A stretch of DNA of 64,000 bases from Eledone cirrhosa (lineage: Eukaryota): positions 327,546,001-327,610,000 of the forward strand of contig OZ024741.1 in NCBI GenBank assembly GCA_964016885.1. The letters are read 5' to 3'. This document shows positions 51,230 to 64,000 of this stretch, piece after piece. A program made the position numbers and the translations under genes. Under the pieces are notes generated by a model that was given only the letters and a program-made list of their open reading frames with translations, did no database searches and had not been told where the DNA came from. Position 1 is the stretch's first letter; the number at the start of each line of letters is the position of its first letter.

Positions 51230-53470
51230 TATGTTTACTATCTTAAATTGCAATATAGTTAACCTTCATATTATTAAGAACAATATACGTAATCTCTTTA
51301 ACCAACATAACCTAAAAATTGAATTTGATAACAGTATCAAACTAGCTAATTTCTTGGATGTATCTCTTAATCTTGACACTGGCCTATATTACCCTTACCA
51401 TAAAAACAATGAGAACCTAAATTATGTTAACTTTAAATCTAACCATCCTACCAATATCAAGAATGCTATAGTTAGTAATATTGGAAAAAGTATATCTAAC
51501 ATATCTTCTAATAAAAACATATTTGATGCTAACGCCAATTACTATAATAACGCACTTTCTAAAGCCGGCTATCCTGATAAAATCAAATATAGTAAAGAAA
51601 CAAATTCTAGAAAAACTTACAGTAGAATAATTAATCATGATCATTCCAATAACTTTAATAAAAGACCTAGATACAAAAACATAATCTGGTATAATGCTCG
51701 TTTCTCCATCTCTATTAATAACAATATTCCTAAATTATTTTTTAGTGCCTTAAATAAATGCTTCCCTCCCTCACATATCTATAGTAAAATATTTAACAAA
51801 CACACCATACAATTTTCTTATTCTACATCCTCCAATATTTCCAACATTATCTCTAAACACAACAATAAAATACTAAATACTAAATCTCTTCCTTCCAACA
51901 CTGAATTTCATAATAACAGTAATAGTACTCCCGACGTCATTGTAAACCCTAGGCTAATTTCTGTAAACCCAAATACAACGTCAAACACAACTTCGCTAAA
52001 TGTTCATAATCCAACTCTAAATCAAGAAACTTTTATTCCTATCGCAAACAACTTCTACAATCCAATTCCTTCTATAGATAACACTAGGTCACTCATTAAT
52101 AATCTCTCTAATTGCAACTGCCGCATTAAAAATAAATGTCCTCTCAACAACCATTGTCTTGATAAAAACTTAATTTATGAATGTAAAGTTATAACTAGCA
52201 CCAATTCCTTCACCTATTTTGGCTCCACTTCCACCTCTTTTAAAGCTCGTCTCTATAATCATCATTCATCTTTTAAATACAAACTTAAAAGAACCAACAC
52301 GGCTCTCTCAGAACTCATATGGTCCTTGAAAGACAAAAACATTAAATATACCATCTTTTGGAAGAAGGTTTCTTCTGCGTCTTTATACTTGAACAGCTCT
52401 CTATCTAAAATCTGTAATCTCTGCCTAAATGAAAAATTTACTATTATTTCTAATCTAGATTCTATAATAAATAGACGTACAGATTTGTTTTCTATCTGCT
52501 TGCATAAATTCCATAAGACTTTTCACAAAGTATACAGCTAATATTCAATTCTTAATCAATTTACAATCTTTTCTCAAAGGCACATATACATACACCTCTT
52601 TTAAAATATACCCATCTTCCTACCTTACTCCAAAGGGTATTATACACTCTATAATACTTGTTTACTCATTACCCTCACTCTATCTTCACCTTGTAAAATC
52701 CTTCGTAACATATACATTTGTTTTTGACGCTAGATTATTCATCCTTAATTTATTATATTTTTTTCTCCCCATCATCTAACTCATTCTTAATACATATTAA
52801 CTCTTTCTTTGTACATATTATCAATTCCTTCAATATACAAACCTTAACTTCACATTATTTTTCTCAAATCCTTCAATACACAAACCTTAATAATTTTTTC
52901 TCTTCGTTAATTTTCAAATTTCCATAATACTTGTAAACATACACACAATTTTTTTTGACGTTAGAATATTCATCCGCAATACATTATTCTTTTTTCTCTA
53001 TCATCAAACTTTTTAATCTCAATACATATTAACTCCCTCTCCTTCTTCGTACATATTTTTCCCTTCGTTAATTTTCAAATTCTTTTAATTTATACATTAT
53101 CTTCCAATGGTTTTCAACCTCTCTATGTAAAACAATATATCTTTTCTCAGTTATAAAATATATCTCTTTCTCTCTATCACCCATCTCACCCTCTCCACCT
53201 TCACTCTCATCTCCTCCCCTTTTTTTCATCCTTTCCACCCCCCCTCTCTAAACAAAATATTTTCCCAATATCACACATCAATCTAAAATTACTTTTCATA
53301 TGTTGATTTAAAACTGCACTATCCACAAGTGTTTTTTTGCCTTCATATCATGTCCTCCTGTTTTATCTGATGAAAACACAAATATTATTGCATGATGATG
53401 TTTGTTTTTGAGATGCGCATAATAAAATACATGGAACTCCTTTAACCATATTTTGATCTTATGTATTATG
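51230..53470 (+). mobile_element. 5'-truncated Penelope-like element (RT C-terminus + GIY-YIG + LTR)
   Basis: Open frame to 52541 with NFLDV, SNHP, IIWYN, CNCR...CPL, LIYEC...[17 protein letters not shown] and [11 protein letters not shown]-like motif at 53359-53429. Confidence 0.9.
53359..53429 (+). ncRNA. Penelope LTR hammerhead with GAAA to GAGA substitution
   Basis: tgttttat-CTGATGA-long stem II-GAGA-TGCGCA-TA-ataaaata. Palindromic stem III ATGCGCAT. Confidence 0.65.
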
Positions 53471-53472
53471 TA

Positions 53473-53549
<77 letters not shown>

Positions 53550-53572
53550 ATATATATGTATGTATATATAGG

Positions 53573-53659
<87 letters not shown>

Positions 53660-53660
53660 T

Positions 53661-53717
<57 letters not shown>

Positions 53718-53963
53718 ATATATATATGTATATATATATATTTCGTTTCTGAATTTGTTTAGCAAGATTCTTTATCTGAAATCGTGTGTTGAAACCGATA
53801 TTGTTATACTTTGGGAGGGTCACGTTGCCAATAAGAAACACACGCACCAGTTGCTTTCATTTCAATGTATTATATATTTATAAATTTATAAATTTACAAA
53901 TCTACAAACTCATAAATATCTGGTTGGTTGGTTGGTTCCACAACCAGATAGTTGTTTATATAT

Positions 53964-54008
53964 AGTCATAGTCCTTTCGTCACACACTCTGTGACCTCTT
54001 CAGTGACT
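53964..54008 (-). ncRNA. Hammerhead motif in a solo Penelope LTR (about 53775-54070; homologous LTR at 59410-59670)
   Basis: Reverse complement agtca-CTGAAGA-g-gtcaca gagtg tgtgac-GAAA-GGAC-TA-tgact. The 59570-59615 copy is degenerate. Confidence 0.6.
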
Positions 54009-55186
54009 GGGGATTCCTTTCTTTGTTTCTGTGCCTTTCCTTTCTTCTATCCTACGCAATTTTGTTTCATTTATATAAATGGAAAAGAATGAAACGAAAT
54101 TTAATTTCTATCTCTTAGTACGGCTGATACCTAAATATAAGTATGGATACGTACATACATATATGTTTACAGACGTAAAGTAGTATGTATATATATACAT
54201 ACATGCACACATATATATATGTCCGTATGGGTTTACCGTACATTTATTATAATGTTCGGTTTGTTTGTTAACAAACAGCCCGAATTACGCCGTACAGTAC
54301 TCGGCAAGCATCGTCGCACTTTCTCCAAGACTGATACAGAAACGATGTACTAGTTTCAAGCTTATTATCTATCGCCAGCATCGTATACCTCTCTGTCAGA
54401 TGATTGAACGTTTCAAAAGTATACACTTTCCTTATGCATATTAACGGCTGAGCAGCCTAATTTGCATATCGAGTGAGTTAGTCGGCCGGGCATACTAAAA
54501 ACGCGTGTGTATGTTGCTTGTATTTGTATACCCATGGCCAGTGTTTTCGCGTATGCTTCTGTATGTACGTATATGGATGCGTGTATGTATATATATTTAA
54601 TTTCGATTACCTCTGTATTTTATTTATTTATTCTTCACTCTGAAGCCGAGAACCATTCGGTTTCCTAGATATAATTTTAGTCTACGACTTCAGTTATACC
54701 ATTTACATGGTTTTGTCTTTGCGTGTAATTGTTCTCAACGGTCCACATAATTACGTATTATACTCGTTGTTTTTCGTTCGTCTCCACGAACCAAAGTATA
54801 GTCTTCCTGTCTTCCTTCGGTTCCGACGTTTTTTGAAATATTCACTTCTGCGTTCACAGATTTACTTTTTTAGTTTCAGAAGATCCGTTAAGGGTGAAAG
54901 CAGCGATTCTTCTTAAGTTTAATCTGTTATTTTAATAAATATATGCTCTACGGTTCTTATATATTTGATATATATTTATCCTTATCGAGCCCTCTTTGGA
55001 TTTTAGTCTTCAAATTTATTATTATTACTATTTGGCTCCCTCGGTTGAGCACTCTATTGACTTATATTCATCATGCAGAAACAACATCTGAATATTTCTA
55101 CAAATATACCCGTTATTTTAATATATATATGTAAGTATGTATGTATACGCACTTACATATATGTATACAGACGTACAGTAGCATGC

Positions 55187-55263
<77 letters not shown>

Positions 55264-55696
55264 TACAGGTACACATATATATATATGTACGTATGTGTTT
55301 AGCGGACGTTTATTATAACGCCCGCTTTGTCCGTTTGTAAACAAGCGGACAGCCTGAATTTATGCCGTACGGTGTTAAGGCAACCACGTCACCTTTTTGT
55401 TCAACACTGTCACATGAACCATGTACTAGTTTCAAGCTTCATAGCTATCATCAGCACCGTATACCCTTCTGCCAGATGGTTCAACGTTCGAAAGGATATA
55501 CTTTCCTTATGAAAATTAACGGCTGAGCAACCTAATTTGCATATCGAGTGAGTTCAGTCGGCCAGGCGCACCGAAAACGATAAGTTGTAATAGAATGAAA
55601 ACGAAATTTCATTTCTCACTCTTAGACCGGCACTTACTTAAATGTAAGTATGTACGCATACGCACATACATATATGTACACAGACGTACAGTAGCA

Positions 55697-55733
<37 letters not shown>

Positions 55734-55834
55734 TCGACTGAACTGACTCGATATGCAAATTAGGCTGCTCAGTCGTTAATTTTCATAAGGAAAGTACATA
55801 CTTTCGAACGTTCAACCATCTGGCAGAAGGGTAT

Positions 55835-55877
55835 ACGGTGCTGATGATAGCTAAGAAGCTTGAAACTAGTACATCGT
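55835..55877 (+). ncRNA. Type I hammerhead, family B
   Basis: acggtg-CTGATGA-t agct aaga agct t-GAAA-CTAG-TA-catcgt. Confidence 0.75.
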
Positions 55878-56035
55878 TCCTGTGTCAGTGTTGAACAAAA
55901 AGGTGACGTGGTTGCCTTAACACCGTACGGCATAAATTCAGGCTGTCCGCTTGTTTACAAACGGACAAAGCGGGCGTTATAATAAACGTCCGCTAAACTG
56001 ATACGTACATATATGTATGTGTAGCTGTATGTATA

Positions 56036-56880
<845 letters not shown>

Positions 56881-57034
56881 TGCTACTGTACGTCTGTATA
56901 CATATATGTATGTGCGTATACATACATACTTACATTTAAGTAAGTGCCGTACTAAGAGTGAGAAATGAAATTTCGTTTTCATTTTATTACAACTTATCGT
57001 TTTCGGTGCGCCTGGCCGACTTAACTCACTCGAC

Positions 57035-57072
57035 ATGCAAATTAGGCTGCTCAGCCGTTTATTTTCATAAGG
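57035..57072 (+). promoter_or_regulatory. Octamer ATGCAAAT + PSE-like element upstream of the family B hammerhead
   Basis: ATGCAAAT at 57035, 55753 and 57597, each 88 nt before CTGATGA. A similar module is present in family F. Confidence 0.4.
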
Positions 57073-57116
57073 AAAGTATATACTTTCGAACGTTCAATCA
57101 TCTGGCAGAAGGGTAT

Positions 57117-57159
57117 ACGGTGCTGATGATAGCTAAGAAGCTTGAAACTAGTACATCGT
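57117..57159 (+). ncRNA. Type I hammerhead, family B
   Basis: Identical to 55835-55877. Stem I extends via tggcagaagg/cctgtgtca with an internal loop. Confidence 0.75.
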
Positions 57160-57317
57160 TCCTGTGTCAGTGTTGAACAAAAAGGTGACGTGGTTGCCTT
57201 AACACCGTACGGCATAAATTCAGGCTGTCCGCTTGTTTACAAACGGACAAAGCGGGCGTTATAATAAACGTCCGCTAAACTAATACGTACATATATGTAT
57301 GTGTACCTGTATGTATA

Positions 57318-57443
<126 letters not shown>

Positions 57444-57678
57444 GCTACTGTACGTCTGTATACATATATGTATGTGCGTATACATACATACTTACATTTA
57501 AGTAAGTGCCGTACCAAGAGTGGGAAATGAAATTTCGTTTTCATTTTGTTACAACTTATCGCTCGCGGTGCGCCTGGCCGACTGAACTCACTCGATATGC
57601 AAATTAGGCTGCTCAGCCGTTAATTTTCATAAGGAAAGTATATACTTTCGAACGTTCAACCATCTGGTAGAATGGTAT

Positions 57679-57721
57679 ACGGTGCTGATGACAGCTAAGA
57701 AGCTTGAAACTAGTACATCGT
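57679..57721 (+). ncRNA. Type I hammerhead, family B
   Basis: acggtg-CTGATGA-c agct aaga agct t-GAAA-CTAG-TA-catcgt, 562 nt after the previous copy. Confidence 0.7.
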
Positions 57722-57879
57722 TCCTGTGTCAGTGTTGAACAAAAAGGTGACGTGGTTGCCTTAACACCGTACGGCATACATTCAGGCTGTCCGCTTGTTT
57801 ACAAACGGACAAAGCGGGCGTTATAATAAACGTCCGCTAAACTGATACGTACATATATGTATGTGTACCTGTATGTATA

Positions 57880-57925
<46 letters not shown>

Positions 57926-58409
57926 TATATTTTGCTTAAAGAAGAACAGAAACAGCAACAAAACAAGATTACCAGGTGATTTACTTTTACTTGTCGTTAC
58001 TTCATCTTAAAGTCCATTTTGCATTTTGCCTTCTATCTCTTTCAACGTTATATATGTATATGTGTGTGTGTATATGTGTATGTGTGTATCATCGGTATCT
58101 ATGTGTATATTATGTTCGTTGAGCATGCGTGCCCATGTGTGTGTGTGGGGGTGGGTGAAGTTGTATGCATGTGCGAATGCATGTATATATATATATACGT
58201 ATATACGCATGCACATTTGCATAATCACATATAAATCACCTCCAGGGCTGGGCACCTGTGATTTCTTCCATGTGAAAAGAAGTGAGAGAGAATTAAAGAG
58301 AGAGAGTGGGAGAATGGATCCAACTATTAGACGTGTACTTCATTTATTGACCTCGATAATCTAAAGGGTGCCATTGATCTTAGCGTCATTTGAAATCTCT
58401 AACAACAAG

Positions 58410-58600
58410 GTGGATTGAAAATGTCGGTAGAGGGTCTGACGCCATGCTTTGCACCAATGAATTACGGCCCTTTATGGGCTGTTCAAATCTCGCCGAGGTT
58501 AACTTTGCCTTTCATCCTTAAGGGGTCGATAAAATAAAGCACAAGTAATACACTGCGATAATTGCTGACCTTGTGGCAAAAGTAGAAACAATTATTCTAA
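58410..58600 (+). mobile_element. SINE (first family)
   Basis: gttcaaatctcgccgaggttaactttgcctttcatccttaaggggtcgataaaataaag. Confidence 0.75.
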
Positions 58601-59178
58601 AAACGACGGGACGTTCACATCTGAAACGAAAGTTGAATGATATAAAACTTGGGGAGATAAGATCATACACAATGCAAGATGAAATTTTAATGGCTGCTAA
58701 TTTAATTACATCAATTACGCTTCTATTTCCACATTCACATGTTGTTTCCATGTGCGTGAGGTGATAAAACCATCTTTCCTCCATTCACACAACAATATAT
58801 TCCTTTCTTGTTAATAAAACTGCTAAAAATAATGGCTTATTTCTATTTGTTTTTGTATGTGAATATCTGTATACATACGTTTGTGTATATATATATATGT
58901 ATGTGCTTGCATGAATATTTGTATACGTATAAATGTATCTTGTTTATTACTGTTTGTCGTTTGTGTGTTAATGTCTCCATACGTGTGAATATATGTATGT
59001 ATGAGCATACATATGGATAAATATTTTACGTTTATTTCCATTTGTGGTTTGTGTATGCGTATGTGTGCTTATGCATATATATATATATATATGTACATGT
59101 GTATTTATATATCTGTTTATGTATAAATAGTTTTCGCTTATATCCGGTTGTTGATTGTATGCGTGAATGTGTGCATAA

Positions 59179-59259
<81 letters not shown>

Positions 59260-59409
59260 TGTGTGTGTGTGTGTGTTTGTGTGGGTTTGTGTCTGTGTAC
59301 ATGCGTATATATCTGTTTATGTATAATCGTGTCTCGCTTATTTCCGTTTGCCATTTGTATGTTCATATGTATTTTGTGTGTGTAATATGTATAAATATAT
59401 ATATATATA

Positions 59410-60750
59410 TATATTGTTATATTGTTATACTTTGGGAGGGCCATGTTGCCAATAAGAAACACACGCACCAGTTGTTTCACTTCAATTTATTATAATAAAT
59501 TTATAAATTTAGGAATTTATAAATTTCTGGTTGGTTGGTTTGTTCCACAACCAGATAGTTGTTTATATATTGTCAAAGTTCTTTAGTCACACATTATGTG
59601 ACCTCTTAAGTGACTGGGGATTCTTTTCTTTGTTTTTGTGCCTCTCCTTTGTTCTGTCCTACGCCATTTTGTTTTTGTGTGTGTGTTGTGTGCTCAGTCT
59701 GCGCATGCGCCACATCCGGGTGTCTGTGTGTGTTTATATTCGTTTATTTATTTGTTTATTTACATGTTACCGGCTGGTTGTTTGTTCTATGTGCGTGTGT
59801 GTTTTCATTTTGTCCTTAATTGTAAGTTGTGATGTTGCTGTTCCACTCATATTTTCTATTTAATTTTGGTTGTAATTCTTTTATGTTTATTGCCTCTGTG
59901 ATTTGTCTAAACATTGCGTCTTTTCTGTGTGTAGATTCTATTTTTATTTCTATGTTCTCTAATTTACCCTTATGTTCTATTTTAGCATGTTGGTAGAGTA
60001 CAGATGATTCTTTACTATCTTGAAGGTCTCGCCAGTGTTCATTTATCCGTTCCCTTACAATACGAGCTGTCTCACCTATGTACACTATATTTGTGTCTCT
60101 ACATTGTCCTTCAGTACATCTTATGCTATATATTACATTTCTAGTGTTTCAGTTAATATGGGGGCTTATTTTACAGGTTATACATTTCTTATCTATACAG
60201 TGGGGTCTTTGAAAAGGGTATGTCTTGCTAATAAGTGTTTTTACGGAGGTACCTGGTCTTTCTACCATCTTAATATTGAGTTTATGTTTATCTAGGGCCC
60301 TTCTAAATCTGCAAGGTAATTCACCTGTAGGGGTTGTATCGATGAACATTACACTCTGGTATTTATTGCTATCATACCATGAGTTTATTCTATTAGCCTT
60401 ATTCCTAGTTCTTTCTATTCTATTCCAAAATTTGCTCCTATACAAGGTCCCATTTGGGTCATTATTTACCATTTTTTCCCATTTGGTTCTGGCTCCTCTA
60501 TACACTCTGATTCTATCTCTCTGATTGTAACCAGAGAACAGCATACGATGGATGAATTGTTGTATGTGTTTCTCTAGTTCTTCGGGGTTGCACATGCGGG
60601 ACACGTTTCTCATCACCCGTACCAAATCCGCAATCAGTATGTTGATTTTGGTATGGTCCGAAACAGCTGAGTTTCGGTGGATCAGATGTTTGGATGTCAT
60701 GGGTGTGGCATAATGGGAATGGAGGATTTGTTTTTTGTTATTAATAGTAT
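59410..60750 (-). mobile_element. 5'-truncated Penelope-like element of a second family (RT thumb + GIY-YIG + LTR)
   Basis: ORF 60149-60700 (IHRNSAV..HTKINILIADLVRVMRN, SGY) and 59816-60085 (YIGETARIVRERINEH, RQITEAINI, LNRKYE). Confidence 0.85.
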
Positions 60751-60878
60751 CTAATGTCTACATAAATATATATGTATATACATATATATATATAACGAAG
60801 GAAATGTGGTAAGGAACCAAGTGGACCATAACGCACCAAAATACTCAATACTTAGGGTAGTAGAGTGGGTAATAGGAA

Positions 60879-60963
60879 CCCGACGGCTGAGCTCAAGCCG
60901 TTTCGACGGCTAATTCTGGACTCCAGAATTAGCCGTCGAAACGGCTTGAGCTCAGCCGTCGGG
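60879..60963. repeat. Perfect palindrome: 42-bp arms, 1-nt spacer (hammerhead-derived)
   Basis: 60879-60920 is the exact reverse complement of 60922-60963. It contains GAAACGGCT..AGCCGTC on both strands. Confidence 0.95.
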
Positions 60964-60977
60964 GTCTTATTTGTTCC

Positions 60978-61049
<72 letters not shown>

Positions 61050-61229
61050 AAAGTATATGTTCCTACACGCACAAGGCGCTTAGAGACACATGTATTGTCC
61101 AACCATATGCCAATGTCGTTCAATGGCAGGTTAATAAATTAACGAGCCAGAACATATATAATCAAGGTTCAGCAAATAAGAAAAAGTACTTTTTCTTATT
61201 TGCTAAACCTTGATTATGTATATATATAT

Positions 61230-61971
61230 AGTAATAATAATAAATTTGAAGACTAAAATCCAAAGAGGGCTCGATCAGGATAAATATATATCAAATATAT
61301 AAGAACAGTAATGCAAATATTTATTAAAATAATAGATTAAAGTTTAAGCAAAGAATCGCTGCTTTCATTCTTAACGGGATCTTCTGAAAATAAAAAAATT
61401 ACCTTTTAACGTGTATTTGTATACCTATGGCGAGTGTTTTAGCCTATGCTTGTGTATGTACGTATTTGGATGCGTGTATGTATTTATTTAATTTCAATTA
61501 CATCTGTATTTTATTTACTTTATTCTTAACTCTGAAGCGGAGAAACATTCGGTTTCCTAGTTAGAATTTTAGTCTACGACTTCAGTTATTCCATTTACGT
61601 GATTTTGTCTTTGTGTGCAATTGTTCTCCACGCTGCACATGACGTATTATCTCCGATTTTTTCCGTTCATTGCCAGAGAACGTCTCTAAGATCCACCTAA
61701 GAGAATATTAGTCTACGACTTCTTTTATACCATAAACGTGGTTCTGTCTTTGCGTGTTTTTCACCGCTCCAAATAATGACGTATTATATTCGTATTTCCC
61801 GTTCTTTGCCAGGGAACGTTTCCACGAACCAAAGTATCGTCTTCCTGTCTTCCTCCGTTTGCAACGTTTTTTTAAATATTCACTTCTGCGTTTACAGATT
61901 GACTTTGTTAGTTTCAGAAGATCCCGTTAAGGGTGAAGGCAGCGATTCTTTGCTTAAACTTTAATCTGTTA

Positions 61972-61980
<9 letters not shown>
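61230..61980. repeat. Repeat family C (also about 54510-55130) with HHR-like fold and CAGAAGA core
   Basis: agttt-CAGAAGA-tccc gttaa gggt-GAA(A/G)-GCA..TGC-TT-aaact at about 61910-61960, at 54872-54920, and on minus at 61341-61391. Confidence 0.6.
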
Positions 61981-62010
<30 letters not shown>

Positions 62011-62334
62011 ATAATATATATATCCCTACACGCAAAAAGCGTCCAAGGACACATGTTGTGTCCACCATATGCCAATGTGGTTCAATGGGAGGTTAATAAA
62101 TTTGACGAGCCAGAATATATATAATCAAGGTTTAGCAAATAAGAAAAAGTTTCAAATTAAATTTCAAAAAATTCCCAGTGGTAGTAGACTGACCTCCCTG
62201 CCTCTGCTTCAATCTTTACACTGGGCACTGGACAGAATTTCTTCCACATCATTCATTCTCAGCTCGGGAACTATTTTGATTAGCGCCAGTTCGTAATTTG
62301 AACTCGGGAACTTTATATTCTCCGAGTGAAAAGA

Positions 62335-62421
62335 ACCTTCTGACGAGAGTTTATCTTTTCAATGGAAGGCCGCAAGGACTGTCCATTTATTTTTGAGACT
62401 CGAAACCGATTCGGTAAAGGT
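62335..62421 (+). ncRNA. Intact type I hammerhead with extended stem II, in a Penelope-LTR-like unit (about 62118-62495) bounded by about 40-bp inverted repeats
   Basis: acctt-CTGACGA-gagttt...agactc-GAAA-CCGATTCGG-TA-aaggt. Inner aatgga/tccatt stem and GCAA tetraloop. Confidence 0.85.
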
Positions 62422-62511
62422 AACCATAGTGAGTACAGTGAATTTTTTAAATTCATTTTGAAACTTTTTCTTATTTGCTAAACCTTGATTATATATATAT
62501 ATATATATATC

Positions 62512-62538
<27 letters not shown>

Positions 62539-62543
<5 letters not shown>

Positions 62544-62768
62544 TGTAATAAACAACATAAGATAATTATTTTATTTACCAATAGTTTCTTGGAGGCAGCT
62601 GTTATGTCTGACTTCAGTCGTCAGAATGAATAAAAAAGATGGTGTTCCATATCTAATAAAAACACCATGTTCTTTATTCATTCTGACGACTGAAGTGAGA
62701 CATAACATCTGCCATCAAGAAACCAGTGGTAAATGAAATAATAATCTCTTGTTGTTTATTACATAACT
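62539..62768. repeat. Fold-back element of two head-to-head hammerhead copies (family E)
   Basis: About 105-bp imperfect arms. + HHR 62677-62737 ttcatt-CTGACGA..GAAA-CCAGTGG-TA-aatgaa; mirror copy 62570-62630 (-). Confidence 0.75.
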
Positions 62769-63019
62769 AAATAGCTCTGAGGCCTACAGAGAGCGCTGTT
62801 TTTTCCTGTACCTTTCCGACAGAAATACTTTATTCATATATAATTAAAATGCTTTAATTATGCATACAGTGTATTGCAAAATACACTATATATACATTCA
62901 TATATATAAGCTATTTCAGAGCGGCAATTCTAATTTTCAATTTCTGCTTGACCGGCAACCAATCTGTATAATCAGTTCCTGATTATTACGAGAAATTCTA
63001 TAAGAATCAAACGTTCATA

Positions 63020-63115
63020 ATTTTCAGCAATCAGGTGGTGTACTTGGCTTTGATAAGTACCAATCAGTACGAAACATAGCACTGTCAGCTTTATCTCCCC
63101 CTGTTTGCTGGAAAT
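63020..63115 (+). ncRNA. Type I hammerhead, family A, U3-A8 core, long stem I with internal loop
   Basis: ggct-TTGATAA-gtac caatca gtac-GAAA-CATAGCACTG-TC-agct, with attttcagcaa.cagg pairing to cctgtttgctggaaat. Confidence 0.75.
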
Positions 63116-63367
63116 TTAAAGTAAGTGAGACTGTCACTACTCTAAAAGAATAGCATAAGGTCTTCGAAATGCTTTTAATTAAGCATACAGTGTATTGCAA
63201 AATACACTATATATACATTCATATATATATAGCTATTTCAGAGCGCCAATTCTAATTTTCAATTTCTGCTTGACCGGCAAACGCTCTGTATAATCAGTTC
63301 CTGATTATTACTAGAAATTTTATAAGAATCAAACATTCATGATTTTCAGCAAATAGGTGGGGTACTT

Positions 63368-63412
63368 GGCTTTGATAAGTACCAATCAGTACGAAACATA
63401 GCTCCGTCAGCT
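63368..63412 (+). ncRNA. Type I hammerhead, family A, second tandem copy
   Basis: Same core. Stem III is weakened (ACATAGCTCCGT). Confidence 0.65.
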
Positions 63413-63539
63413 TTATCTCCTCCTGTTTGCTGAAAATTTAAAGTAAGTGAGACTGTCACTACTCTAAAACAATAGCATAAGGTCTTCGAAATGCTTTTAA
63501 TTAAGCATACAGTGTATTGCAAAATACACTATATATACA

Positions 63540-63656
<117 letters not shown>

Positions 63657-64000
63657 GTATATATGTATATATGTATTGTAGTATGTATATATATGCACAC
63701 ATGTACACATATATGTATGTACGTATGGGTCTACCGAGCATTTATCATAATGTTCGGTTTGTTTGTAAACAAACAGCCTGAATTACAATGCTCGGCAACC
63801 ATCGTCGCCCTTTTGCTAAACACTGACTCAGGAACGATGTGCTAGTTTCAAGCTTATTAGCTATCGTCAGCATCGTATAGCTCTCTGTCAGATGATTGAA
63901 CGTCTGAAAGTATATACTTTCCTTATGCATATTAACGGCTGAGCAGCCTAATTTGAATATCGAGTGAGTTAGTCGGCCGGGCGCACCGAAAATGATAAAT

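Larger units (their letters stand above)
62847..63535 (+). repeat. Tandem array of the 322-nt family A unit (2 full + partial), one HHR per unit; candidate non-LTR retrozyme
   Basis: Unit starts at 62909 and 63231. HHR cores at 63050 and 63372. Confidence 0.85.

Noticed and set aside
51042-51230. N-terminal YIYIYI part of the 499-aa ORF
   Set aside because: Translation of a (TA)n microsatellite. Only the portion after about 51230 is Penelope coding sequence.

Overview
AT-rich eukaryotic DNA packed with repeats. The SINE families and microsatellite load suggest an Octopus-like cephalopod, which is my inference. I can support no host protein-coding gene, and most ORFs in the track are microsatellite translations or antisense shadows. 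Main content: (1) an R4/Dong-like RLE LINE on the minus strand, back to back with a head-to-tail array of three near-full-length Tx1-clade LINEs (about 11.0-28.6 kb), each bounded by (ATT)n, plus a fourth truncated relative; (2) Penelope-like (GIY-YIG) fragments, RTE, CRE-like and HERO-like relics, a deleted mariner, a MITE and many SINEs; (3) about 25 type I hammerhead ribozyme (HHR) motifs, intact or degenerate, from roughly ten unrelated repeat families. Two families form non-coding tandem arrays (322-nt and about 562-nt period) resembling metazoan non-LTR retrozymes. Two families share an octamer + PSE-like module about 85-88 nt upstream of the ribozyme core, and four families carry the compensatory U3-A8 core (UUGAUAA; the 3017 copy also has A6G). 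All coordinates and folds were read by eye and are untested.
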